A DNA stretch of 63,677 nucleotides, the filler included, from Perkinsus chesapeaki ATCC PRA-425 (lineage: Eukaryota > Protista > Perkinsozoa): assembly GCA_013115145.1 (NCBI GenBank). It is 8 parts of 8 records of this genome, joined end to end, with 100 filler letters (N's around TTAATTAATTAA, not from the genome) between each part and the next. Parts side by side here need not be neighbours in the genome. Positions count along the whole stretch, not along the records: positions 15,916 to 35,423 come from JAAPAO010000637.1; positions 35,524 to 46,514 come from JAAPAO010000865.1; 6 more parts are not named here. One strand, 5' to 3'. Shown here piece by piece: positions 24,291 to 36,329 of the stretch. Positions within the stretch are counted from its first letter, which is position 1, and each line of letters begins with the position of its first letter. A program made the translations under genes and the position numbers. The notes below the pieces were generated by a model. That model did no database searches and was not told the DNA's origin. It worked only from the letters and a program-made list of their open reading frames with translations.

Positions 24291-26269
24291 TCACAAACCT
24301 GAAGTGAAGACATCGAGATATCGACTAAACAAGAGTATCGCAGATGGCCTGACGTTTAGAGCTTGTGATGAAGGGAAGAGCTGAGGGAATCTATGTCTAT
24401 TGGCATCAGCGAACCTACGTGGTAAATGGATCACTGAATATCACTGAGCCAGTCACTCACCAGGGTATGAATGTCGGCTGTTCTAGCTTCTCGGTATATT
24501 TCGGATCGATTGGGCAGCAAACTCGTATCTTGGAATACGAATCGGTTAAGAAGTCTTTAAAGAGCACATTGCTTACTCCACACATTTTAAATACTAACCC
24601 CATAGATGGGTTCTGTGCTAAGGCTATCGCCGTCACCCTATCATATCTACTTCTTGGCAGCTTTCCTCCGCCGGAGAATGATAAATATTTTAATATGTCT
24701 CCTTCAACTGGCGTCTGATAATGGGCAATAATATAACATCACAGATAACCCTACAAAATAGCTCATATGCGCCCCTATCATGGGCTCATCCAGTGTCCAT
24801 CCCCAAACAGACCTAAAATGCATAAAGCGTTTTCTACAGCAATTATTGTTCAACAATGCTCGTTCTGGAACGTACGGGGAAGGGCGTGGGAGGCCCGCAC
24901 TGTATTTCCCTCTTGCTTTAATATCAAATATCATAGGAGCTTCCTGTATGTCGCCAGGAGGTAGTTCTAAATAAGTACTGCTTTGTAGGAAGTGAAAAGG
25001 GTAAGCTCGTGCCAATAACTTACTGCCCCAGGCGAAATTCTGGGCAACAAATCTTGTGGGTAAAATGACTGGTAAAGAATGCTGCCTTGGCAGACAGTAC
25101 TTAAAGGCCGCGACTTGCTCGGCCGACGGCATCTGAAAAGTTGTGAGCAAGTGTTCTACAGGCTGTAGGAAAATACCTCATCGATGTCCCCGTGGATAAA
25201 CAAGGTGGAGCCGTTGTCAGTTCCGAAAGCTTCGACGTATTTATCCATTAGATACGCCCTACTGAAGCGCTGAAACGAAAACCTGAACTCTCAAAGCTCA
25301 AAGCAAGATCTCAAGCCAGCGAGTGCCATTACTCGTCTTCGAATGCGGGTCTATGCCTCTCGTATCTGAGTCTACCAGAATCGTCTAGAACACTATAGAC
25401 AATTTTGTGGCGGAATCTTTTGAATCTAACAAATGGGATAAAATTGAAACAAAGAACAGAAGTGAGAACCACCTTGGCGAGTCCAGCACTGCACCCAGCA
25501 TGATAGGCTTATCCCAGTTTCGAAAGGATTTAGTCGTCTCGACTATAACGAAAACCTAACACCACAATAGATTCTCAATAACTATTGTGAGCTCCTAAAG
25601 GTGCGAGGTCCCGGAAGAAGTTCAGGCTTGCAAATAAAGTAATGAGATGTTTGCTAATCGGCCCGCATACGATGAGGAGCGGATCAATCAGAAGGGCTTT
25701 AAGAGCTGAAGTGCTAAAATTCGAATTAACTGGATTATTTTCCTTCGACTCAAAGCATTCGAGTGTTATAACAGTTCCCATAGAGGATAGTCGACTTACA
25801 TCAACAAGAGGATCGAGTTCATACAAGCGCATCTCTAAAACATCAAACTCATAAGCGAATAAAAACAAATCAACTATCCTTGCTGGTGTGGGTCGTGGAC
25901 CCGACATGTACCTGAGAAACGATGAGAAACGAGTTATACCATGAGCCTTACATATTGTCAAGACAGTTCCATTTAAGGGAGCGATTCGATGGTCGACTGA
26001 GCGTCAGTGGTTTTGTGGATTGTGGATCCCGAGTTAGCAAGGGTCGAAGTAAGTCGACGTAGCGGACAACCCAGGACTAAATGACAGGACTGTTGTATGG
26101 TGAGGCAGCCTGGCCATACCGTAAAATTCGGATGCTTTATGTCAGCCAGCGCTTCCCAGTCGAAATGCGGGCCAGCTCGTCGCTTTATATCACCAAACTC
26201 GGGATTTAGTTCCCACTTTCCTGACACACAGAGGATAATGAAGCTGGTCAGTCTGAGAGGCGGCCACAT
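24291..26269 (-). CDS. Glycosyltransferase family 17 (MGAT3/GnT-III-like) protein, multi-exon
   Basis: RIVDLFLFAYEFDVLEMRLYELDPLVDV, FIHGDIDE (DxD-type motif), GAHMSYF and C-terminal FIPWFADANRHRFPQLFP. Hydrophobic N-terminus. Confidence 0.7.
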
Positions 26270-26319
26270 AAACTAGTAGGAGTCCTACCAAGTTTGCGGA
26301 GATCTACTTCTTGTTCACC

Positions 26320-27582
26320 ATCCTTGATCTGTCTACTTGCTTCATCTAATATTCTTGGTATGTCAATACTAGTCGCTCCTTGTACGCTACCACCCTAGCA
26401 TACCTCTAACGATCATATAAAAGAATGCCTCGCAGTTACCTTGAGCCGAAGCCAGGTGGGTGACGTAGATCGTATTGAGAAATAAATGGAAAATGTGGCG
26501 CAAAGGCTGATGACGAGCAACACGAAGGCCAGAAGGCGCGCTCTCAGTAACTAAGCACTCCATTCTGTACCGTATAGCGAGATCGAAGCTCACCTTGTTG
26601 GTCTTCCCTAGACGCTTAGCCTTGGCCGATTTTGATTGAAGTACGAGCATTCTGGAAGCGTAATTTAAACTGACTTCGGTTCTCGGGTCATAATAACGCG
26701 ACAGCTAGTAGGTGATATTGAGTGTGACATATCGACTTGAATTTCTAATGCTCGTCTGAAGCTCCACCTGAGCCGGTCACTAGTAGTTAGCCAGTTTCCA
26801 AGTCGTACCCACCGGCCTGCAGCAAGGTGCTGCACTTCCCGGGTTTCGGTCAAGGGTTGGCATGAAGAGCATTGAATGGTACCAATGAAAAAAGCCTTTC
26901 TATCTTCCGGAAGGGCCTTCATCAACTGCATGTCGTCGTGCCATTTTAGGGGAGAAGTGACAGAAATGACCGAGAATGACTTGGATTCAGATAGCTTCCC
27001 GAGATCGGTTTGCGTACGAGTTGCCATCTTGTCGTACTCACAGTCAAATTCCGTTATTGTATACCGACAATACGGCTTTGCCAAGGTTAAGCACATTCGT
27101 CTATTGCCGGTGACTACAGAACGCCCGAGTTGACCAGCCGAGGAGTCGCACCACGAGAACGCGCGTGCACTGCTATCGTGACCAGCCATATGCCATATCC
27201 TGTAACTATGTCCAACTACGCTGGGCCATCACATTGCTCGGGGTCGAAGCGTTCAGTCTCGCTGCAGGACTGACTTTTGAGTCGATGAGTTCTCTGAAGT
27301 TTACCACCAAGTTTACTGAATATGACGGAATTTCATGATCCTCAATCTTAAGAGTTGCGTACACGTACGTCTGCACGCAGATGCGGAGACAGCTCTGGAG
27401 GGTTGACTTGCGCTTAACTCATCTTCAGCCAACGGGGACAGTTTGTAACGATATCTCTGACGTTTTAGATCATCACCGTACCCAATGAATCCGGTGGTGG
27501 CTCTCTGGAGCACAATCACTTGACCACGATGGTATCCAAGAAGATGCCTAGTAAAAAAGAAGAAGGCTAATGGGAACTTCAC
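26320..27582 (-). CDS. Hypothetical multi-exon gene
   Basis: Several consecutive minus-strand open segments with splice-like boundaries. No motif recognised. Confidence 0.25.
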
Positions 27583-27833
27583 CTGCCTTTATCGTCGTCC
27601 CTCCCGCTGGCATCCGCTAACGCCACGTCAGCATTTGATTCGGCGTTTCCCAACTCGCAGAAAGGCTCATGTGCGCGCCCCCTTTCTTGCATGATTCATT
27701 CGGTAATCCTTGGTACCGTGTATCTCTAGGTTGGCAGTACTTTAAGTGTGCTGCCTGCTCCCCTGCTGACATCTAATGAGGTAGTTGCTCATAATTGACT
27801 AATCAAGCAGAGTCCGCTCCGAATGATGCTATC

Positions 27834-27907
27834 GCCCGATTAGTTCAGCTGGATAGAATGTCTGCCTACGGAGCAGATGGTCGTAGGTTCGAATCCTGCA
27901 TCGGGTA
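27834..27907 (+). tRNA. tRNA-Arg(ACG)
   Basis: Cloverleaf with acceptor GCCCGAT/ATCGGGT, anticodon arm TCTGC-CTACGGA-GCAGA and T loop GGTTCGAATCC, followed by a TTTT terminator. Confidence 0.93.
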
Positions 27908-28778
27908 TTTTACCCAAAGGGCCTCCAGCCCGAATGAGACATCTCTACTTCGTTCATGTCCTCATAAACAATGTATTGTCATCCGGCTCTCCGAATGCCT
28001 CCACACATATATACCCACCAGAGACCCTCGTGTGAAGGTCTCAATTGCGTACCCATTTGGGTAGCCTACATCAGTGCACATTCACTTGCCCTCCGCGACA
28101 ATTCCAATCACTTGCCGCAAGTTTGTTGCGGTGAGTTGCGCTCACGTAACGAATTGTATACTAACGGCCTGTTCAGTAGATGAGCTCTGAGATTGAGAAT
28201 AGATTCTGACTCCGGGTCTATGAGAATTAATGCTGAGAATGAAATCCATTCAATGGATTCTGGAAATGTTTTGACCAAGTTGACTGAAAACGGCATATAT
28301 CGATCTGGTGGGATCGCGCCAAATATCGTGGCGCGCAAGAAACATAGGCGACGACTCAAGTTCCCCAAATTTTGGAGGACCGTACGCCTTGAAGTTAGCC
28401 AGTCTTACGCGCAAGTATATCAGCGTCCTAACAAGTTTGACACTTCCCCAGATTTCTTGCGAATGTTTTGCCTTTGCCATACATTTGAGAAAAGACCGCA
28501 TAATATAAAAAGCATTATGGCACTGACAGAATCACGTTGACGGCCCATCACAGACAGCACAGTTCTTGCACACTCCTTGATGGAATCCGATACTGTACTA
28601 TTAAGCTCGACTGTCGATTTGCATTGCAATCCCAACGCAGATTCGATACTAGGCCTCCAGTAACCGAATCGACCTCCCACGTATCTTGTTGTCTCAACCT
28701 CGGGATATTTTCCGTACTGGAATGTTTTGTAGGTGTAAAATGCATCATATATAGTTGGATTTGTTTTAATCGATATAA

Positions 28779-30911
28779 ATGGGCTCCTGTTGTTCCCGAG
28801 GCAGTTCGCCATCGGAGCTTGTAAACGCGTCATCACCTGTCGAGGATCCCTTCTCCGGCGCCGCCCGGACAGACAAGCGTCGGCGCAGATTGTCCGTGAC
28901 TCAAGGACCTAATAATTTACCCCCTACTCCCCATGCCTCCTCGAGCTCCGACACAGAAGTCGACGAATGTGAACGGACAGGTAGTGGGAAGTGTGGGGAA
29001 CTTCACATTTTCCCTTTATATTTCTATTATATCTCCTCCTTGACCATCGAATTGGAGTTTTCGAATACATTTCAGTCTGCCGTGATTGATTACAGAATTA
29101 CTATAATTCTACATCTCATCCTTCGTGGTAGATCTTCGATACACGCTAAACTCGACCACAGTCTTCGGGAATTCCGACATCCTCGCCAACTAAGGCGACC
29201 AAACGATATCCATATGTTAATGATGCCCTCTGTCGAATAGGTAGAATCGTAAAGAAGGGGAGCAGCTCCGGTTTACAGCGACGGGGTCGGAGGAGGGTAT
29301 CAATAACCACCCAAACTGTTGATGATAAATGGTCACGCCAGAAAGGATTTGCTGTAGTTCCCGAGCTACTGCTTGGTAGTAGGAGATTACATTACCTGAA
29401 TTCAGGATAAGGATTATTACAGCCAAGGCCCACCGCCGGCAACCCTGGGGTATGCGTGCAAAAAGGGATTGAAGCCAGAGAGCCCCAACCAGGACGATTT
29501 TGCAGTTTTACTCACGGATGACTGGGAAATGTACTGCGGGATTGAATGGGCGATATCTACTCTTTATGAGGGGAAATTTCGGGCTCTGGACTGATTTGAT
29601 AGAAGCCTATAGAAAGGTCCTATCTGGCCGTAGAGGGATCAATTCGGTGAATCTGTTAGGATATCTCACAGCTACTCAATTTCCGGGAATTGTCATTATT
29701 ACCCTCAGGTACGCCGTATTCGATGGTCATGGTCCATACGGGCATGTAGTGTCCAAATTCTGCCAGGATACCCTCCCCAAGGTGGGCCAAACATTGCCCA
29801 TAATAACTTAACCTCTCCGTCAGTTAATAGCGAAGGATCCGAACTTCCAATCAGATCTCGTCAAAGCGTTCAAGGCATCCTTTATCCGGACTCATGGTCA
29901 TAAGGGATATGCTATAACACGCTTTGGCAATTTTATAATTCAGTTCTTTGCGAGCAAACCGCCAATTCCGACGGTCGATTTGATTGCTCTTTTTCGGGTT
30001 CCACTGCCACTGTTATCCTCCGCAGAGATGGTCACCTTTACTGTGCCTGGGTGGGCGACTCCAGGGCCGTCCTGGCAACCGTTAAGGTGAGCCGCACACA
30101 CCACTATCATTTGGCGAATTTATGGCAGCCCCATCGTAACGACAGTGTTCCTGCATCGCGGCCAGTGGCGGTTGATCTGTCTTGTGACCATAAACCAGAC
30201 AGACCGGATGAGAAGGCTCGAGTGGAGGCGGAAGGAGGACGAATACTCAAACTGGGTGGGGATATTCCATATCGCGTCTTCGTGAAAAGTAAGTCTGCCG
30301 CCCTCTCATCATCATCATCATCATCTCCCGTATAGAAGCCTACTATCCTGGATTGGCGATGACAAGATCGATTGGTGACACCGTTGGTGTGTCGGCGGGT
30401 ATATCCCATGTACCTGAGGTGTCTATAAGGTAATAACTCAACTCCTTCTACAAGGAAGGGGGATACCATAAAGAAGGAAGGCGTTTTACTGAGCTCATCT
30501 TCCGGCGATTATATTATTGGCTCTCGGTGTCGTACAATATTGAGAAGTCTGAAAGAGGTCTGAAATTGCGAAAGATCGGCGGTGGTGGGAAATGGCGGGC
30601 CTAGTCCTTCGTGATTCCTCGAGTTGTCGTTGTTAGGCCTCTGGATGAGTATGCAGATAAATTCATTATTGTGGCGAGTGACGGTGTGTGGGAGTTTATA
30701 TCAAGCCAGGAAGCCGTTAACATGATAAGTAAGCCGCTTCTCCAACCTCCCGAGACATATCTTTTCAGATAAGTATCCCCCTAGTCGAGCTCAGGATGCT
30801 GCTGAGGCTCTGGCGCATGAAGCTTGGATACGATGGATGAGAGAAGAGCATGGTAATGTAGTGGACGACATCACAGTCATTGTCTCATGGCTGCGTGAAC
30901 CGGAAACCTAA
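28779..30911 (+). CDS. Protein phosphatase 2C (PPM) with N-myristoylation/palmitoylation motif, multi-exon
   Basis: MGSCC start, FDGHG, SGSTAT, WVGDSRAVL, DHKPD, GLAMTRSIGD, VASDGVWEF and VDDITVIV. Confidence 0.92.
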
Positions 30912-31221
30912 CGTATAGTAGCGGTCTCAGTGAAGGGCCGCAGATTTTAATACTGTGTAACATTGTTTGTGTTGGTTCATCTGCCTTTTCTGCTTCTACC
31001 GCTGCACCATAGTAACATAGAACGGTCAGGAAGGCTGTCCTAACTTGACTAACTAACTGCCTTTTGAAGTTTGTATTAAGTAGTCAGCAACAACAATAGG
31101 CTTAGCATTCGTAATGCTGCCGACGTCTCTATTACCCGACTCTTGCGTTTAAATGCACCTCAATCCGAGTCCACCTAGTCCGAAGGGTGAGCTATTTCAT
31201 CAGTAGTCGCCTTGCAGTTTC

Positions 31222-32134
31222 ATGGTGACAGCCGATCCTCCTGTTGCATCCTCGAGCCATTCCACGAAGGGTAGGTCGAGGGATGGTCGAGTGCGTTCAC
31301 ATCGTATCTTTCTAGTTGCCGGGAAGCCATCCTTGGCCGCATCTCGAACTAGAATGCTGCGGGTTACTAACTTGACGAGAAATGTGGACCAAGACCATTT
31401 AAAAGAAATCTTTGGTGAGACGAACTTCGCTTGGGTAGTGAGTGACGGTTCTCCCTAGGGACCTATGCACGGGTTGAGAGCGTTTATTTGGCAGTGGACG
31501 ATAAAGTAAAAAAAGCGGAGATTTGGTCATGAATTCTGGTTAGTCTCATTTGTCAAAGGGATATGCTTATGTCCAATTTGCCACACGAGAGGGAGCAGAG
31601 GAGGCTTTCATTCACGTGGACAAAGGGCAGATCGACGGTAACGTCGTGAAGGTGTTATCGTACCATGTCGAATCGTAAGTTTATCTTTCCTTGCAGGTGG
31701 TCTTCGTTACTCCTCCCCCGCCTCCTCCTGAAAAAGCCCAGCCACGTAAAGCAGTAGTTCCCAGTGGAACGAGCAGCGCTGGCGACCGTAGGGGCGTTGC
31801 GACGTAAAATGGTAGCAGGTTTGGTATTTACTCAGGCAGTCGCTCACCACCGAAGCGTAGAGGGGAAGCTTCCACTGAAAACAATCGGTAAGCGTTCCGA
31901 GCTCGAATTTATCTATCCTCATCGCAGGTCCCGCAGCCCATCTAGTTCATCCTATTCATCGTCTTCATCTGGATTGTCCTCCGATTCCGAATCGAGGCAA
32001 CACCGACGAAGGCGAGGGCGTTCTAGATCGCGCTCCCTCCATAGGCGACGCTCATCCGGTGAGGATCGTCGGGTAAGTGGGGGAGCTGGTATGGCTGGTG
32101 GATTATATTTCAGGGGAGACGAGGGCGTCGATGA
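31222..32134 (+). CDS. RNPS1: RRM + SR-rich RNA-binding protein, RNPS1/SR45-like (start uncertain)
   Basis: LRVTNLTRNVDQDHLKEIFG, SKGYAYVQF and DKGQIDGNVVKV, followed by RS/Ser-rich exons. Confidence 0.75.
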
Positions 32135-32399
32135 TGATGATGATGATGATGATGAAGAGGTTTCACTATGTTTTTCAGCAACGCTCCTGTGTATTTGTGT
32201 TCGTCAAGTTTGACTTACCAACGCGAAACAATAGCAAACGAAACTTTACACTGACATATTCGGTCACGATTTAATTTGTGATAACTCCATCACTTCCTTT
32301 TCTATCTCTTCCTGTCGAGCCTTGACTCTATTCAGCCTAGCCATCAGATTGGGTAGATCTACTTGTGCTCTTGCTGCTCGCTTATCACCTATCAGACCT

Positions 32400-32952
32400 A
32401 TCATTCGAGCTCGCACTGTAACCTACTGTCTGTAGCTTCTGTCTCGGTAAGATTGAGACCCTGCAATTCCTGAATGATTCTCAATGACTTTCCTAGCTCC
32501 TCCAAATCTCCAGCGTGTTGTATAACCTGCTTCGCAATGTACTCCTGTTAGTCCACTACAGCAGTACATAATCTCTTCTCGAAGTAATCTTACGGAGTTC
32601 ATCTTTCAGCCTTCCACTGTTAGCAAGCTGCATGAGATATGGAGACACTAGGTCATACCTGTCAATTGAAATTATTATCGCATTCAACAGGACTATACTT
32701 CTCCAGCAGCTCGCGCAACAATCGAGGATTCCCCGATCTGTCCAGAAGAGCATCAATGCGATTTTCAAGGTCAGCAAGAATCTCCATGACCTGATCGATA
32801 GTTCCGAGGCGAACCCGTACGGTTGCTACGGTTTTCGCGTTTGGTCTGTCGTCAACTGGCTTCCTAGGCTGGGTAGGCCCTGATAACTCTAACAGGCGGT
32901 GAGTCTCTGCATTACAGGTCTGCTCGCAGAGCACATATGCCTGATAATTCAA
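32400..32952 (-). CDS. Hypothetical small multi-exon gene
   Basis: Helical-looking open segments (DQVMEILADLENRIDALLDRSGNPRLLRELLEK; GRLKDELRKITSRR) with GT-AG boundaries. Confidence 0.3.
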
Positions 32953-32986
32953 CAGCTACGTACTGTTTGAGAGCGCTCGAAAACAA

Positions 32987-33059
32987 GCCCGTCTAGCTCA
33001 GTCGGTAGAGCGCGAGGCTCTTAACCTCGTGGTCGTGGGTTCGAGCCCCACGGTGGGTG
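32987..33059 (+). tRNA. tRNA-Lys(CTT)
   Basis: GCCCGTCTAGCTCAGTCGGTAGAGCG...GAGG-CTCTTAA-CCTC...GGTTCGAGCCCC is a canonical eukaryotic Lys-CTT. T-run terminator follows. Confidence 0.96.
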
Positions 33060-33310
33060 TTTTTCTCTGAATATTTTCCCTGTCGCGACATCGCCAAAGC
33101 ACAGCCATGTCTGTTATACTACCTGGCATTCTGCTATACGCCCCGCCAAGGCCTCAATCCGACATTCAATAGCGTACTTCTCATCAACAAACACGCCCAC
33201 TCCATCAGTCATTCCAAGAACACACGTATCTATTTCTATTAGCAGAACTCTAAACTCAACAACAGACGGTGGCATCAGATTAAAATGTGATAGTCATGAT
33301 GATTGTTGCA

Positions 33311-34237
33311 TTAAAGGTACATCGTTACGAATAGAAGTATGGAGAATAACACGACTATGGTGCCCCAAAGGAAAGTGGTCGAGGTCGACTCCATGTGATG
33401 CTGTAGCATCGCATGTGCGTATCTGCCAGCCAGTCTTTAGCCAAGATCTCGGCAAACCACCGTCTCACTTTTGTTTGGCGTCAACGTGGTCTGTTGCCTC
33501 ATGGACTTCATCCAGCAGTTTGCAGTGCACTTCTATTTCAGTGTTAATTGCGGTCCCAATGTGTTTCAGATTGCTAACACTTCCTCGTAGATAATCCAGG
33601 TGTTCATCTTGTTGAGCTAGCAACTGCTCTGAACTCACCAGGTTACCCTCGGACGTGGCCGCTGCCCGGCTGCTGTCCGCGATGGACGACGGCCAACCGC
33701 CTGAGGCGCTTACTCCCCTCCCCGTGTAGAAGAGCTCACTTTCAAGATCATGGCTTCCCCTGGGATGAAGACCCGACTGGAAACTGGCCCAGACCCGTTG
33801 GATGTCACCCTCGAGATGCCGCAGCAGCTCTCCCCGATGAGCTATCTCTCTCTGTGTTAAGCCATGCCTGAGATACAAGCTCACCCCACCAACCAGCGCC
33901 GCCGCTGCCCACGCTTCAGGTTCACTGGACAGATTGGCCAGGTCCCTCGCCAGGTGCGTATGGAGCTGCCGTAGCTGCGATATTCGGCCACGAGTCATCG
34001 CAATCGCCTGAGTCAATACCGTACAGAATGGCAATACGGCTGCTCACCGTGCCGGTCCCTTCTTGCGGCCGCCTCCCACTAGCTGATCCACGCAGCCTTT
34101 CTTCGCATTCTCGAACGATATCCTGAATCCGGTGGTATCATATCGACAGGTTGAACGCGGTCGTCTACTTGCAAGGCAGTCTGGGCATGCTTCAGGTCAG
34201 TTGTCCAGAGCTCCCCTGCAGTCCCAACGGGGGCCAT
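33311..34237 (-). CDS. Qc-SNARE (syntaxin-6/8/Bet1-like), tail-anchored
   Basis: SNARE heptads LLAQQDEHLDYLRGSVSNLKHIGTAINTEIEVHCKLLDEV. The spliced last exon gives a TM segment FLWGTIVVLFSILLFVTMYL*. Confidence 0.8.
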
Positions 34238-34329
34238 GGGATCGCTGTAACACTTGTGAAGAATTGAGGACCCCCACAACACAACCGAATCAGTCTGTTG
34301 GTAAATGACAAATTAATATTTCATGCATG

Positions 34330-35285
34330 GTGTTCATCTGGGACGTTCATGGCACACTGCTGCACTGTGACGTTCAGGTAGTACTGGGAGCTGAGCGGGA
34401 ACACGGACTCGTGGACTAGAGGAGGCTAATAAATATAAAATGCAAGGTTTGATACAAAATATACTCCTAATAAAAAGACACACACGGACATTATCTTCCT
34501 CAGAGGGAGTTCCCCCATGGCACATACACCATATATGAGCAAAACGATGTGACCGAAAAAACCCGGATCCTTCTGAGAGTTTTACTCGTTATGGACGGAG
34601 ATTTGTACTGTATGATAATTCCACGATGTATTTAAAAACACACCTTCAGCAACGCCTAAGGTGCCTCCCTGCTATAAAGAGATATATCTGTCGTCACTGT
34701 CATCAAGCTTCCCAGTGGGACACTAAGGTTGTTACAAGGGTTCTCAATATGTCAACATAAATGCACTTCTACTCTCCAGAGTCGACATCCCTCCTTACAC
34801 TAATGCAGCCGCTGTTATTCCGTACCAGAACTTCACCTGGGCCTTCGATGCTCTTGCTACAATGACATCTACCTCCGAGGGACCGGTGACGTCTATCGAT
34901 CGAATGCCGACGGCCCGACACCTTCCATGACTTGAATCCTGTTTAACAATGGAGCTGGGCAGACAGAGGAGAACTGACCTCCCATATCGAAGGGCCCCGG
35001 ATAGAAGGGATTAACGCTGGGGTTGGCAGAATACAGCGCTTTGTACCTGAGGAAGGGCGTGAGCTTTAACTTGGAGGAGGGTGGTTGTTGTACACTAAGG
35101 GATGACCGATCCACGGAATCGATCTGCGGCGTGAAGTGAGTCTGAGATAGGAGGAGGATGGATAGTGTGAACGGTAGGCAATAGGCGACCTTGGCGGTAG
35201 GGGCGACTCTGGTTGGGTATTGTATTTGATAGCTTCCATCTCTGAAAGCAATATTGGTAAAGGAAAACTGAATGATGGCTCGCAA
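34330..35285 (-). CDS. Hypothetical multi-exon gene (5' end in gap)
   Basis: Open segments such as KALYSANPSVNPFYPGPFDMGGQF with splice-like boundaries. No family recognised. Confidence 0.25.
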
Positions 35286-35571
35286 TACTCAATGATACAT
35301 TAATAATAAACCCCTTACAGAATAATAACAATACCTCTACATTTTGTAGATGTCGCTGGCGCGCGCGCTCCATCCTTAAATGATGTCACGTCACCCCCCA
35401 TCAGTCCGTTCATTGCATTCATTNNNNNNNNNNNNNNNNNNNNNNNNNNNNNNNNNNNNNNNNNNNNTTAATTAATTAANNNNNNNNNNNNNNNNNNNNN
35501 NNNNNNNNNNNNNNNNNNNNNNNCCCCCGCCGCCCCCCCGCCCCCCCCGCCCCCCCCCCCCCCGCCCCGCC

Positions 35572-35609
<38 letters not shown>

Positions 35610-36329
35610 ACTACTGACCAACGCGTAGCAGCTCTTGTCGTGACATTTTGTCACCGTCCTAGTGAATTTTCCGTTTCATTGCGCTACGAGGAAGACTTGT
35701 CAAAATATGACACGAGACATATATACGATCGGTTCGCTCTTAGTCATGGCTTGAATTGTCATACAATCCGATTGTATGGTCTGATAGTCTAGATTACGTT
35801 GATCTGATCAAGGACTCTGCAGAGCGAAAAGCACGGAGGATACTTATTGTCGTTCCGCTGACAAATCGAACCGAAGAGAACAATGCCGATGATGATGAGG
35901 TTGAGCGATAGCAGAGAGCGGTGTCGACTCGACGCCGCGGCGTCGAGATTCGATTTGGCGATATTATGTCACGGTTCACATCACGTAAATTACATGCATG
36001 TAAATTTGCACATATGCTTTCATGTGAGTTAGCTGTCGTGTTCGAAATAATGCTTCATGATTGCTCAGCAATGGTCAATAGTGTGAATCGGAAGGCCCCC
36101 GATCGATGTTCGAGTTTCGGGGCCCAAATACGGGAAATCGAATTCGTTGCGGCCCTCGATGGTCACAATCAAATTCGAAGAGTCACCATTATGCTACCGG
36201 CGTAACACCAATAATAAGGATGGAGCAGATCAGGCGTCATCGAAACCTTGCCTCAGCTGCTTGGATCTCACTTAGATGCCATTGGTCTCATTACTCATTC
36301 GTCCGTGGTCGTCGACCACTGGTCGATTC

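Noticed and set aside
35524-35610. Long poly-C tract as a G-quadruplex or telomere-like element
   Set aside because: It abuts a gap edge and is probably low-quality read-end sequence.
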